From NCBI GenBank assembly GCA_965215005.1, contig CBDCCZ010000049.1, forward strand, positions 1-64,000: DNA of 64,000 nt, written 5' to 3'. A program made the position numbers and the translations under genes. Position 1 is the first letter of the stretch; the number at the start of each line of letters is the position of its first letter. The notes under the pieces were generated by a model. The model made no database searches and had not been told where the DNA came from. It was given only the letters and a program-made list of their open reading frames with translations. Shown one piece after another: positions 11,407 to 23,072 of the stretch. This DNA comes from Kofleriaceae bacterium. GTDB taxonomy: Bacteria; Myxococcota_A; Polyangia; Haliangiales; Haliangiaceae.

Positions 11407-12621
11407 TCACGATTTGTCGATGAGGATCAGATCCGCGTGGTTGACCCCGGTCGGTCCGGTGCATAGCACAGCACCCACGCTGGCCAGCGCCGACCCAGCG
11501 TCGCACCGCTCGAGCGCCGATTCGCCGGCGTCGATGCGACTCCAGGTGTGGCCATCGATGATGGCGCCGGCCGCCTGTGAGTTGCCATCGATGCCGTCGG
11601 TGCCCGCCACCAGGACTCGCACGTCGACGCCGGCGAGCTCGCGCGCCAGCCACAGCGCGAGCTGCTGCGCGCGTCCGCCGAGGCCCGGTCGACTCGGCAA
11701 CGCGATGGTCGGCTCGCCGCCGCCGACGTAGCAGCCGGGCGCGGCGTCGCGCACGAAGTCGCGAATGCGGGCGCCAACCTCGACAACGGGCTCGGTGAAC
11801 GGCGCGGCGAAAATGGTGCCTGTGGTGACCTCGGCGGCGACCTCCAGCAGCGTCGCGATGCCGCTGGCGAGAACGGCTCGGTCGCCGGCGCGCATGGCGC
11901 TGGGAGTCTCCGCATCGTCGCGGACGAGGTGCGCTCGCACCGCCGGCGGCACGTTGCTCCAGCCGAGCCGCTCCTCGATGATGTGTCGGGCGACCTCGAG
12001 CGTGGTGGGATCGGGCACCGTTGGGCCCGAGCCCACCGCCGACAGCGAATCGCCGACCACATCGCTTGCGACCACGGTGGTGACCGGATGCGCTGCCGCG
12101 GCCGCGAGCCGGCCGCCTTTGATCGCCGAGAGGTGCTTGCGAACCGTGTTGAGAGCGCCGATGTCGGCGCCGCTGGCTTTGACCGCGTCGGTGACCGCCA
12201 CCTTCTCGGCGAGCGTGATGCCCGGCGCTGGCACTGCGATCAGCGCCGACGCACCGCCAGACACCAAAGCCAGAATTTCGGCCCGGCTCGAGCGCACTGC
12301 TGCCAACAGCAGGCGCCCCGCCTCCTCCGAGCGAGCATCGGGCACCGGGTGCGCGGCGTTCAATGGCGTCAGCCGTGGCGGTAGCGACACCGGCGGCAGC
12401 GCTTTGGGCGCCACGACTACGCCATCAAGCAGACGGCTACCGAGCACCTCGGCGGCGCCGCGCGCCATCGCCGCCGACGCCTTGCCAATCGCCACAACAT
12501 GGAACGGGCCGCGCTCGAGCCGCAGCTCGGCGAGCGCGTCACGGGTTCGCCGCGCCGGATCGAGCCGCTCGACGATCTTCACGAACCACCGCTCCAGCAT
12601 CGCCGCTCGCGCATCGCTCAC
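11407..12621 (-). CDS. Class II glycerate kinase (DUF4147/MOFRL, TtuD-like)
   Basis: AIGKAS, HPVPD, SGGASAL, RKHLSAIKGG, GGEPT, GTDGIDG and TGPTGVN motifs. Confidence 0.9.
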   Translation of the reverse strand: MSDARAAMLERWFVKIVERLDPARRTRDALAELRLERGPFHVVAIGKASAAMARGAAEVLGSRLLDGVVVAPKALPPVSLPPRLTPLNAAHPVPDARSEEAGRLLLAAVRSSRAEILALVSGGASALIAVPAPGITLAEKVAVTDAVKASGADIGALNTVRKHLSAIKGGRLAAAAAHPVTTVVASDVVGDSLSAVGSGPTVPDPTTLEVARHIIEERLGWSNVPPAVRAHLVRDDAETPSAMRAGDRAVLASGIATLLEVAAEVTTGTIFAAPFTEPVVEVGARIRDFVRDAAPGCYVGGGEPTIALPSRPGLGGRAQQLALWLARELAGVDVRVLVAGTDGIDGNSQAAGAIIDGHTWSRIDAGESALERCDAGSALASVGAVLCTGPTGVNHADLILIDKS

Positions 12622-12714
12622 CCACTGTGTTTACGACATCGGCGCTGCCGCTGCGGGCCAAGCGGCATAGCTGCAACCCCGCCCGGGCGCCGCCGAGGCA
12701 ACCGATGCAGCTTC

Positions 12715-15648
12715 TCAGCGGGGGCTACGGTGCTCCGCGAGCCACGCGGCGATTTCGTCACTGCGCTTGCGTCCGGAGCCCTCCAGCACCGTGAGCGCTT
12801 GCTGCGCATGAACCGTGGAGTCGCGGCGCTCGCCCGCGCTCCAAAGCGCCCGCGCGAGCGCGTAATGGGCATCGGCGCGATCGGCGATGCTGTCGGTGCG
12901 ATCGAGCGCCGTCGCCGCCTGTCGAGCCAGCCCAACGGCCGCTGCGGCGCGCCCTACGGTGGTCAAACAGTTGGCTTCGGAGATCATCAGCTTGTACTGC
13001 CACGTGTCCTGCCGCGGCGCGAGAATGCCGCGCGCCTCCTCAAAAAGCTCCTGCGCCGCCGCCACCTCCCCTGCCGCACACTCGGCTTCGCCCCAGATCG
13101 CCAGCGACTCGCCTAGGAACGGATCGTCGGTGCGACCACTCTGATGATAGTAGTCACGGACCTGAGCGTAATGCGGGCGCGCCGCCACCAGGCCTCGCGC
13201 CTCTTTCACCACGTCGCCGAGCCAGGCTTCGACGTCGGCGAGCACCATGGTGTCCGGCGGCGTAGCGGTTTTTTCGAGCGCAGCAGCCCGCAGCAACGCC
13301 GCTTCGGCGTCTTCCCAGTCGCCCTGCCGCGCCAGGTTCGAGCCGAGCCGCCGATAGCCATCTGCCAAGCGATGATGACCGGGCAAGGCGGCCTCGAGCA
13401 GCTCGAGAGCGCGCGTGATGTAGCGGTGGCTCAGCTCTAGATCGCCGGCGCTGGACTCGGTCGATGCGGCGTCGAGGAGCACTCGGTACAGCTCGGGATG
13501 ATTGGGCCCCAGCAGCTGCTCATAGCGCGCGATGGCCTCGGCGGCGTGAGCACGCGCTTGCGCAAATCGTCCCGCAGTGCGCTCCTTTGCCGCGAGCCGC
13601 CGCAGGGCGTCGGCGGCAAGCTGCGACTGGGGACCAAAGGCGCTTCGAGCGAGCTCGAGCGCCTGCTCTTGCTGCGCAACCGCATCATCGAACCGCCCGA
13701 GCTCATCGAGAGCCTGCGCCAAAAGGTTATCGAGCAGCAGCTCGAGCCGCTGCGGCGTGCCCGCCTTGGCGAGCGCGCTCGCCAGCAGCACCCGCGATGA
13801 CAACACCCGCTCGGCGTCCGTAAGGCCCTCGAGGCGCACTTGCGCCTCCTGCAGGAGCGCGCGTGCAAACAAGCTATCATCGTCAGCCTCTCCGGCCGCC
13901 GCAATCGCGACTTCGGCGGCAGCGTGAGCTCCAACGCCATCGCCATCGGAGCGACGTGCCGCCGACAGCGCCAGCGCCACCTCCACCTCGATGGGCGGAT
14001 AGCGGGTCGCGTGGGCGCGCTCGGTCAACGCTTCGAGCAGCGCTCGAGCCTCGCCCACGCGCAACGCCGCGAGCAGCACCGAGGCCTCATCGACCTGCTC
14101 ATAGAGCCAGTCGATCTCGGCGCGAATGCGGCGATCGACCGGCAACGCCACGCCGCTGGCGAGCGCCTCGGCGTCGGCGCACGCCTGCACGTCGCCGAGG
14201 GCGCCGACGATGTGATTGCTCGCGGTCGCCACCTCGCGATCGGCGCGCGCTAGCAACGAGGTGGCCGCCCGCATCTCCCCCAAGCGCCGATCGAGACACT
14301 GCATGCGCCGATCGAGCAGCTCTTCTGACTGCGCGCCCACCACGCGCGTCGCCCGGCAGGCGTCGACGTAGCCAGCGACCCACTCGTCGGAGTAATCGTC
14401 GAGAGCCGACGCGACATGCTGAAGCGCTTCCGAGGCGCCGACCCAGCCGGTGGCGAGGAACGCGGCGGAAACCCGCTGCGCCACCGCCGCATCCCAGACG
14501 CCGGAAAGTCGGGCGCGAGAGCCGGTGCAGGGCGTGCTACCGCCGCGTTGAATGAGCACCACCATCAACAGCAGCAGCAAGGCGCTCGCGATTGCCACGG
14601 TTCGGCGCAGGCGCGCGCGCGGGTCGCGCTCGAGCTCGGCGAGCAGCGCGCCCATGTCGGGCCAGCGACGCGCCGGATCGACCTCGAGCCCGCGCTCGAG
14701 CGCTTGGCGCACATGGCGCGGCAGTCGCGCTGCGCCGCGATCGATGGCCAGATCACCGGCAATCACCCGCAGCCGACGCGTCTTGGAGTCGTCATCGCCA
14801 AACGGGTGCTCGCCGGTGAGCGACTCCCACGCGGCAACGCAAAACGCGAACTGATCGGTCGCTGCAGTGAGGGTGGCCGCCTGCAGCTGCTCAGGCGCCA
14901 TATAGCGCGGCGTTCCCACCAGCGCGCCCATCTCGGTGACCGAGGCATCGACGAGCCGAGAGCCGCGCACCGACGTCGACTCCTCGACCGACGACTCCAG
15001 CGACTCGGAGTCGCTCGAAGTATCGCTGCGCGAGTCGGAGCCGCGCAGGCCGCGCGCCAGGCCGAAGTCGACCACGCGAACCCGGCCATCGTCCGCGACG
15101 ATGACATTGGCTGGTTTGAAATCGCGATGAACGAGCTCGGCGGCGTGCGCGGCGGCGAGGCCACGGCCGGCCTGGCAGTAGAGGCGAATTGTCTCGGCGA
15201 GCCAGCCGCGACTTTCGGCGGGTTTTCGCTCGGCCAGGGTCGCGCCGGGCACGTATTCCATCGCCACGAACACCGCCTCGTCAACGATGCCGACCTCGTG
15301 AACGGCGATGACGTTGGGATGGGCGAGCTTGGCCAACGCCTGGGCTTCTCGCAGCATTCGATCGCGACGATTCTTCGAGCTGCGACCGCGCATCACCTTG
15401 AGCGCCACCACGCGATCGAGGCTGGGATCGTAGGCCTTGTAGACCACGCCCATCCCGCCTCTGCCAAGCTCGCCGAGAATCGTATAGCGGGCCACCGCGG
15501 CGCCCGGGCTCATGACCTCGTCGGTGGCAGCGGGCTCGGGCTCAGTGGGAGGCGGCGCCGCGTCGGCGGTGGTGCCGGTGTCCCAGCTGTTACCGCCGGT
15601 TCCGCGTCCATGGCCACGACTGCTCGCCAAGCCAGTGAAGCGTATCAT
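12715..15648 (-). CDS. Ser/Thr kinase with TM segment and C-terminal TPR array; start uncertain
   Basis: GRGGMG, VALK, HRDFKPAN, DFG and GTPRYMAPE motifs, then a TM segment, a Cys-containing helical region and TPRs. Confidence 0.9.
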   Translation of the reverse strand: MIRFTGLASSRGHGRGTGGNSWDTGTTADAAPPPTEPEPAATDEVMSPGAAVARYTILGELGRGGMGVVYKAYDPSLDRVVALKVMRGRSSKNRRDRMLREAQALAKLAHPNVIAVHEVGIVDEAVFVAMEYVPGATLAERKPAESRGWLAETIRLYCQAGRGLAAAHAAELVHRDFKPANVIVADDGRVRVVDFGLARGLRGSDSRSDTSSDSESLESSVEESTSVRGSRLVDASVTEMGALVGTPRYMAPEQLQAATLTAATDQFAFCVAAWESLTGEHPFGDDDSKTRRLRVIAGDLAIDRGAARLPRHVRQALERGLEVDPARRWPDMGALLAELERDPRARLRRTVAIASALLLLLMVVLIQRGGSTPCTGSRARLSGVWDAAVAQRVSAAFLATGWVGASEALQHVASALDDYSDEWVAGYVDACRATRVVGAQSEELLDRRMQCLDRRLGEMRAATSLLARADREVATASNHIVGALGDVQACADAEALASGVALPVDRRIRAEIDWLYEQVDEASVLLAALRVGEARALLEALTERAHATRYPPIEVEVALALSAARRSDGDGVGAHAAAEVAIAAAGEADDDSLFARALLQEAQVRLEGLTDAERVLSSRVLLASALAKAGTPQRLELLLDNLLAQALDELGRFDDAVAQQEQALELARSAFGPQSQLAADALRRLAAKERTAGRFAQARAHAAEAIARYEQLLGPNHPELYRVLLDAASTESSAGDLELSHRYITRALELLEAALPGHHRLADGYRRLGSNLARQGDWEDAEAALLRAAALEKTATPPDTMVLADVEAWLGDVVKEARGLVAARPHYAQVRDYYHQSGRTDDPFLGESLAIWGEAECAAGEVAAAQELFEEARGILAPRQDTWQYKLMISEANCLTTVGRAAAAVGLARQAATALDRTDSIADRADAHYALARALWSAGERRDSTVHAQQALTVLEGSGRKRSDEIAAWLAEHRSPR

Positions 15649-15740
15649 CGAACGACGAGCTCCCGAGCCTCACAGCGACACTCGCTAGCACCGTAACCAT
15701 TGCGGAGGGAGCCGCCGCGTCGCGATGCATCCGGCGTCCG

Positions 15741-16925
15741 CTAGCCGCTGGCCAGCACGCGATTGAGGCGCTCAATGCCTTCTTCGAGCCGGGCGCTATC
15801 GACGGCGGTGTAGCAAAGCCGACACCACTTGCCGCACATCGAGCCAAACGCGGCGCCCGGAGTCAGCAGCACGCCCGCGTCGGCAAAGCGTTCGAGGAGC
15901 TGGATGCAGCACGGGTCGTCTTGCCGCGTGTGTTCCGAGAGGTCGAGGAACAAATAGGTGCCGGCTTGCGGAACCCTGCAGCGCAGCTCGAGCCCGGCCA
16001 CTGCCAGGTCGCGATGCCGCCGGTACAGTGCTCGCGCCTGAGCCAGAAATCCGGCTCCAGTGGTGAGCGCCGCGAGCGCGGCCCGCTGCATCGCCCGCGA
16101 TACGCAGTACACGGAGGTGTTGGCCATGTTGCGCACCGCCGCAATCGCCGGGCGCGGGCCGACCGCATACCCGACCCGCAAGCCGGCCAGCGCGAAGCTT
16201 TTGGAGAACGAGAACGCGGTCATGGTTCGCTCGCCCATGCCTGGCAGGCTGGCGATGCTCAGATGCGCAGCGTCGTAGCCAAACTCCTCGTACACCTCAT
16301 CGGCGATGACCCAGACGTCGTACCGTTTGGCGATGGCGGCGATGGCCTGCAGCTCGCGAGGCCCCATGATCATGCCGTCGGGATTGTTGGGCGTCGATAC
16401 GTAGATGGCCGCAGTTCGCGGCGTCATGAATGGCTCGATGAGCGCGGTCGGGTCGCAGGATGGGTCGCGCAGGAGGCGATGAGAAAACGGCACCTCCACC
16501 GGCCGCACGCTCGAGGCCAGCGCGATGTTGCGGATCAGCGGCCAATATGGAGCCAGGACCAGCAGCTCGTCGCCCGGGTCGAGCACCGCGCGGATGGCGC
16601 ACGACAAGGCATGGGTTGCGCCGTTGGTGATCTGCACGTTCTCGGCGGCGACCTCGAGGCCGTTTTGCGCGCCAAGCTTCGCGACCAGCGCGTCGAGCAA
16701 GTCGCTATCGCCGCGGGGCGCCGAATACGCGTAGAGCAGTGGATCGGCAGCGACGGAGAAATCGAGGGCCCCGAGACGTGCAAGCTCCGGCGGCGCCAGG
16801 TGGGTATCGCCAATCGAGAACCGAATGGTGTCACCCTCGAAGCGCTCGAGACGCTGATACAGCCGCGCGTAGATCGAGGGCGGCAGTGCTTCGGCGGCAG
16901 CGGATAGCCGCGGGTACTTGCCCAT
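15741..16925 (-). CDS. PLP-dependent aminotransferase class I/II
   Basis: TNGATHAL, PNNPDG, DEVY and SFSKSFALAGLRVG (PLP lysine) motifs. Confidence 0.93.
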   Translation of the reverse strand: MGKYPRLSAAAEALPPSIYARLYQRLERFEGDTIRFSIGDTHLAPPELARLGALDFSVAADPLLYAYSAPRGDSDLLDALVAKLGAQNGLEVAAENVQITNGATHALSCAIRAVLDPGDELLVLAPYWPLIRNIALASSVRPVEVPFSHRLLRDPSCDPTALIEPFMTPRTAAIYVSTPNNPDGMIMGPRELQAIAAIAKRYDVWVIADEVYEEFGYDAAHLSIASLPGMGERTMTAFSFSKSFALAGLRVGYAVGPRPAIAAVRNMANTSVYCVSRAMQRAALAALTTGAGFLAQARALYRRHRDLAVAGLELRCRVPQAGTYLFLDLSEHTRQDDPCCIQLLERFADAGVLLTPGAAFGSMCGKWCRLCYTAVDSARLEEGIERLNRVLASG

Positions 16926-16966
16926 TGCAGCAAAACTAGCACGCCGTCATGGCCGCGCCGTGCCGG

Positions 16967-17386
16967 TTACTTGAGCGCCGCGCGCGGTCGGCCGGCCGAC
17001 TCATCGGTGCCGCGCGCGCAATGCTCGAGCTCCCACGATTCGTGAATGAGCCGCACGAGCTCGCGCTCGATCAACTCGGCGTCGGCGTCGGCGACAAACA
17101 ATGCGTCGATGACCTCGGCGATGTGTCGCACCTGCGCGGCCTGCTCAGCCAGCTCGACGGCCGCGGTCTCAGCGAGCTCGACGGCCGCGGTCTCAGCGAG
17201 CTCGACGGCCGCGCCCGATAGCGGCGTGGAGCCAAACCGGGCAGCGATTGCACCGTCGAGGGCCGCCTGACGCTCGAGGGAACCCACGAGCTCGCTGATC
17301 GCAGTTTCGACGCGATGGTATTGGTGCGGGTCTACGGCCCGTAATCGCGCGCCGAGCGCCTCCCAGGTTGATTCCGTCGTGCTCAT
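16967..17386 (-). CDS. Hypothetical protein with internal 8-aa repeat
   Basis: ORF in the same orientation directly upstream of the aminotransferase; AAVELAE occurs three times. Confidence 0.5.
   Translation of the reverse strand: MSTTESTWEALGARLRAVDPHQYHRVETAISELVGSLERQAALDGAIAARFGSTPLSGAAVELAETAAVELAETAAVELAEQAAQVRHIAEVIDALFVADADAELIERELVRLIHESWELEHCARGTDESAGRPRAALK
17144..17213. repeat. 24-bp tandem repeat, about 3 copies
   Basis: Unit ctcagcgagctcgacggccgcggt starts at 17144 (1 mismatch), 17168 and 17192 (partial). Confidence 0.9.
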
Positions 17387-17547
17387 GACACCAGAGACAT
17401 CGGTCGCTCATCGAGCTCCCTGAAGCGAAATTCTTCGGCACCGCGATACGTATCGGCGCTCGCAATCGCAGCGGATAACGATTGCCGCAGGAGTCGCGGG
17501 AGCGCCCTCTTTACCCGCGCCCGAGCGGCGGGATAGCGTAGACCGCC

Positions 17548-19941
17548 GTGACAGAACCCGCCGAATTCCCACGCGCTGCGGTGCTCGACTATGACCCGCG
17601 CGAGGGCCGCATCCTCCTTTCGCGCGGCTCTAGCGCGTTCGAGCTGCTTCTGGTGGGGGCGCTGGCGCTGGCGGTGCTGTTGCCGGGCATCTGGTCCTAC
17701 ACCCTCGTCGACCCTTGGGAAACCCACTACGCCGAGGTCGCGCGGCGCATGCTGCAGGACAGCGACTGGGTCCATCTCAATTGGCAAAATGAAGGCTTTC
17801 GCTCCAAGCCCGTACTCACCTTCTGGCTCATCGCCGGCAGCTTGCGCACGTTTGGCTTGGCAACCGCCGGCGGCTACTCGGGAGAATTGATTTCCTCGCC
17901 TGCCGTGATGCTCGCCGTGCGACTGCCGTTCGTCCTGTTTGGCGTTCTCGGCCTGGTGATGACGTGGTGGATGCTGGCACGGCTGGTCTCGCGACGGGTC
18001 GCCTGGCTCGCGTTTCTCATCATCCTCACCTGTCCGTTTTATTTCTTGATTGCGCGACAAGCGATCACCGACATGCCGATCGTCGCTTGTCTCATGGGAT
18101 CGGTCGCCTGTTTCGTCATGATGGTCGAAGCCGGCGATGTGCCGGTGCGACCGCTGTGGAAGCGCGTCGATGCGCACCACCTATTCCTCGCGACGCTGGT
18201 GCTCCTGGTCGGGTGGCAGGCGGTGTACTACGCGATTTACTTCGCCAAGAATCCTCAGCTAGCCGCGGGGGTGCGCTTCTTTCATCCCGAGGTGCTGCTG
18301 CCCGCGGCCATGCTGATCGGACTCGCGGCGCTGGTGCTCTGGAGCTGGTATCTGCGACCGACGCGAACCATCGGCCAGGTGTACATGTACTGGTTCTACG
18401 TGTTCGTTGCCATCAGCGTCCTGGGCAAGGGACCACCGGCGGTTGGCCTCGCAGGAGGCACGTGCCTCTTCTATTTGCTGCTAACTGGCAACTGGCGGCT
18501 GCTGGGCCGGATCGAGCTTTTGCGGGGCATTGCCATCTGCGTGCTGATTGCGGTGCCATGGCATCTAGCGATGTGGCTCAAAGATGGTCGCTTGTTCGTG
18601 CGTGATTATTTCGTCTCGCACATGTGGCGGCGCGCGACCTCCGGCGTCTATGGCGATCGCGGCACCTTCAACTACTTCAGCTCGCAGCTCGGCATTGGCA
18701 TGTGGCCCTGGGTTGGCCTCTTGCCTGGCGCTGTCGCCAATGTCATCGGCAACGTCACCGCGCGCAGTCGCGAGGGTCGCCTCCGGCTCGTGATTGGCGC
18801 GTGGGCCATCTTCGGCGTCGCGTTCTTCTCACTCGTCACGACGAAGTTTCACCACTACATCTTTCCAGCGGTACCGGCGCTGGCAGTGATGATCGCGCTG
18901 TGGCTCGACGACTTACTCGCCGGCCGCGTGCGTCACGCCGGTCTCGCCGCGGTCGCAGCCGTGGTCATCGTCTTATTGATCACCGCCGACTTGATGGGCG
19001 AGCACAAGCAGCTCATCGAGCTGTTCGTGTTTCGCTACGATCGGCCGTGGCCGAGCGGCCCGCCGTGGAACCTCGACCTGTCGGATCCGCTGCTCGCGTT
19101 CGGCCTGGTGTTCGCCGGCTTGATGGCGCTGATTCCCCTGCGCCGATACCGGCGGATGGTGCTTGCGGCATTGGGTGTCGCGACGCTGGCCTTTGCATTT
19201 TGGTGCTCCAACGTCTACATGCGCCACGCCGCAACCCACTGGGGCATGCGAGAAGCGCTGCAGGAGTACTACCGACTGCGCACGGTGCACGGCCAGGACA
19301 TTCTGTATTACAGTTCCGCACAGCTGGCCCGCGACTGGCAAAACCGCGACTGGGTGGAAGGCGACGGCGAGGTCTACACCGATTATCGCATCGACACCGT
19401 GGTTCCAGACGCGCTCGAAGTTGGCCAACCCGCCACCATAACGGTCGAGCTCGCGGGCGCACCCGCGGGTAACAGCTCCAGCGCGGCGCTTCCCGCGGTG
19501 GTGAGCCGCGTCGGTGAGCACAGCATCTGGGTGCGACTGCAAAAGAGCGCACTCACGGCGCTCGAGCCGTTGATCGCACTCGACGTCGATCCCTGCCGCC
19601 AAGCCCACGGCTCGTGTCAACCGCCGGCGCCGTGGCGTGTAGTCGATGCCGACCGGCTCATCGCTTGGCAGCTCTACTGGCGCGGGGAAAACTTCTGGAG
19701 CGGCGACGAGATCTGGGGACGCACGGGCAAATACCAGACTGCATTTAAGGAAACCGACAACAAGGCATTTTTGGCGTATCTCGAGACGCACGGCGAGACC
19801 GGAGCACGGTACTTCCTGCTCACAGAAGCAGGCCGCGTGCAGCACCTAAAGAACATATTGCCCACCGAGCGCGCCAAGTCCTCTTGGCAGATCCTCGATA
19901 CCTCGAGCAACAAATTCACGCTGCTAAGCTTCACACTCTGA
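17548..19941 (+). CDS. ArnT/PMT-like GT-C fold glycosyltransferase
   Basis: DPWETHYAEVARRM, KPVLTFWL, RQAITDM, GKGP and TKFHHYIFP motifs; many TMs and a C-terminal soluble domain. Confidence 0.88.
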   Translation: MTEPAEFPRAAVLDYDPREGRILLSRGSSAFELLLVGALALAVLLPGIWSYTLVDPWETHYAEVARRMLQDSDWVHLNWQNEGFRSKPVLTFWLIAGSLRTFGLATAGGYSGELISSPAVMLAVRLPFVLFGVLGLVMTWWMLARLVSRRVAWLAFLIILTCPFYFLIARQAITDMPIVACLMGSVACFVMMVEAGDVPVRPLWKRVDAHHLFLATLVLLVGWQAVYYAIYFAKNPQLAAGVRFFHPEVLLPAAMLIGLAALVLWSWYLRPTRTIGQVYMYWFYVFVAISVLGKGPPAVGLAGGTCLFYLLLTGNWRLLGRIELLRGIAICVLIAVPWHLAMWLKDGRLFVRDYFVSHMWRRATSGVYGDRGTFNYFSSQLGIGMWPWVGLLPGAVANVIGNVTARSREGRLRLVIGAWAIFGVAFFSLVTTKFHHYIFPAVPALAVMIALWLDDLLAGRVRHAGLAAVAAVVIVLLITADLMGEHKQLIELFVFRYDRPWPSGPPWNLDLSDPLLAFGLVFAGLMALIPLRRYRRMVLAALGVATLAFAFWCSNVYMRHAATHWGMREALQEYYRLRTVHGQDILYYSSAQLARDWQNRDWVEGDGEVYTDYRIDTVVPDALEVGQPATITVELAGAPAGNSSSAALPAVVSRVGEHSIWVRLQKSALTALEPLIALDVDPCRQAHGSCQPPAPWRVVDADRLIAWQLYWRGENFWSGDEIWGRTGKYQTAFKETDNKAFLAYLETHGETGARYFLLTEAGRVQHLKNILPTERAKSSWQILDTSSNKFTLLSFTL

Positions 19942-20034
19942 CGCCGAGCCGCTCGAAGGCCACAATTGGCGCTCCTGATCTAGTGCTACACTTTGCGGGA
20001 TGGGCACCGCCGCCCGTGTAGAGAGGCGTCCTAC

Positions 20035-21921
20035 ATGGCCGATATCGCCATCCTCCATCGTTTGATTGCGCGGGCACGTCGCCGGCTGCGAATCCAGTCG
20101 GCGCTCGAGCGCGGCACCACCGCCTCGGTCCTCGCGTCGGCGGTCGCACTGGTTGGTGTCTACCTGCTACGCAGCCACTCCACCTCCGATGCCGTCGGTT
20201 ACGTCGTGCTCGCTAGCGCCGTCGCCATCCTTGCGATTGCCTGCCTCAGCGGCGCGCTGCGCAGCATTCCGAGCCGCGTCATCACCACGCGCATCGATCG
20301 CTCCTCGGGGCTGGCCAGTCGCATCACCAGCGCCGTCGCGTTCGAGGAAGAGCTACCGCGCCTGGAGCGTGAAGCGCGCAAGCTGCCGCCGGAGACCATC
20401 GAGTTGATGCGCGAAGCGGTCCGTGATGGAGTTCGCGCAGCTCCCAGCGCCGATATCATTGCGGCAACTCCGTTTTCGGCGCCGCGGGACTTGCGGGCGG
20501 CGGCGGCGTTCTTCATCGCAGCTGTCGCGACAGCTGGCCTCTATTGGCCGCCTGAGCACCCGCGAGCTCCGGGCAGCGACGCCGCGAGCATGGCCCGTGC
20601 AGCCGCCCTGCGGCTCGAGGACGACGTCGTGCTCGAAGACGACGACCTCGACTACACCCGTGCGCTGCTCCAAGAGCTGGCTGCCACCGCGGAAGCCGAC
20701 GACGACGAAGCGCTAAAGGCGTTCACCGACGCCGTGCAAGCGCTGCTCGAACGCGCCGAGAAAGGCGAGCTGAGCAAAGAGCAGCTGCTCGCCGAGTTGG
20801 CCAAGGCTGAGAAGGCCTATTTCTCGGGTTCCGCGGGGGAGGTCGAGGAGGCGTTGGCGGCGCTGCAACAGACGGGTCGTGAGCTGCAGAGGAGCGCGAT
20901 CACCCGCGAGCTCGGCAAGGCGTTGGCCAAAGACGATCTCGAGCAAGCGCGGGCGCAGATGAAGGAGCTGGCAAAGCAGCTCGAGGATGCTGCACTCGAT
21001 GACAAGCAACGCCAGCAGCTGGCCGATGCGCTGCAAAAGGCGGCGCGTGCGTTCGACGAGCGCGAGAAACAGAAGGACGAACAGGATCGGCAGCGGCTCA
21101 CCGATCAACGCAAAGAGGTTCGGCAGCTCGAAAAGAAGCTTGCAGACGAGAAGAATCAAGGCGAACGCGAGCGCCAGTCACGACAGCTCGACAAGAAGAA
21201 GCGCGAGCTGCAGCGGCTCGAGCGCAAGCAAGAGCAGCAGCAAGCCTCGCCGCAGCGCCGCCGACTCAAAGAGCTCCATCGACAGATGCAGCAGGCCGCC
21301 GAGGATCTTCGCCGCAGCGATCCAACGCAGGGACAGCAGCAGGCCTCGCGGCGGATGCGGGACATGGAGCGCAATACCGGCCGCGTCGATGCCGACCGGC
21401 GCAAGATCAAGACCCAGAAGAAAGTCGCCTCGCAGGTCCAGGACCTCAAAGAAGCGCTTCGGCGGGCAAAACGCCGCGGGCAACGCGGTCCCAAAGACCT
21501 CTTTGGGCGCAACAAGAAGAATCAAGACTTCGAGCGCCGCAGTCGCGGCCAACAGGGATCGCGACAGGCTTGGAAGCCCGGCCAAGGACAAGGGCAGGGA
21601 CAGGCGGCAGGAGCAGGACAACCGGGGCAAGGCGAGCAAGGCGATGGGCACGATCCCAACGTGCTCGGTGATCCAACGCCTCGGGCCGGCGAGGTCAAGG
21701 ACGAGCAAGTCTCAGGGGTTGCAGGTCGCGAAGGGAGCTCGGTGCGCGAGACCATCCTGTCGGCCGCGCAGAAGGGCTTTGCCACCCAGCGATATCGGCA
21801 GGTGTATGCCGACTATAAGAACATCGTCGAAGAGGTGATGCGTAGCGAGAAAGTACCGAGCGGCTATAAGTACTACGTCAAGAAGTACTTTCAGAAGATC
21901 AAGCCGCACTCGATGGACTAG
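20035..21921 (+). CDS. Membrane-anchored long coiled-coil protein of the MoxR cluster
   Basis: ATG at 20035 after GAGAGG. N-terminal TMs, Q/E/K-rich coiled coil and a C-terminal VPSGYKYYVKKYF motif. Confidence 0.8.
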   Translation: MADIAILHRLIARARRRLRIQSALERGTTASVLASAVALVGVYLLRSHSTSDAVGYVVLASAVAILAIACLSGALRSIPSRVITTRIDRSSGLASRITSAVAFEEELPRLEREARKLPPETIELMREAVRDGVRAAPSADIIAATPFSAPRDLRAAAAFFIAAVATAGLYWPPEHPRAPGSDAASMARAAALRLEDDVVLEDDDLDYTRALLQELAATAEADDDEALKAFTDAVQALLERAEKGELSKEQLLAELAKAEKAYFSGSAGEVEEALAALQQTGRELQRSAITRELGKALAKDDLEQARAQMKELAKQLEDAALDDKQRQQLADALQKAARAFDEREKQKDEQDRQRLTDQRKEVRQLEKKLADEKNQGERERQSRQLDKKKRELQRLERKQEQQQASPQRRRLKELHRQMQQAAEDLRRSDPTQGQQQASRRMRDMERNTGRVDADRRKIKTQKKVASQVQDLKEALRRAKRRGQRGPKDLFGRNKKNQDFERRSRGQQGSRQAWKPGQGQGQGQAAGAGQPGQGEQGDGHDPNVLGDPTPRAGEVKDEQVSGVAGREGSSVRETILSAAQKGFATQRYRQVYADYKNIVEEVMRSEKVPSGYKYYVKKYFQKIKPHSMD

Positions 21922-22055
21922 TGGTTTATCAGCCCTCTAGCTAATGAGGCCCGGCCGAGCTCGCATCGCTGGTCGCGACCAGACCAGAAGGCAGCGACCT
22001 TGCCGAGCGAGCGTTCTGCATCCGGCTGCCGCATTGCCGCAATCGAAAGGTGTCC

Positions 22056-23071
<1,016 letters not shown>

Positions 23072-23072
<1 letters not shown>

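Noticed and set aside
17144..17213. 24-bp repeats as a CRISPR array
   Set aside because: The copies are directly adjacent without spacers and are in frame within an ORF.
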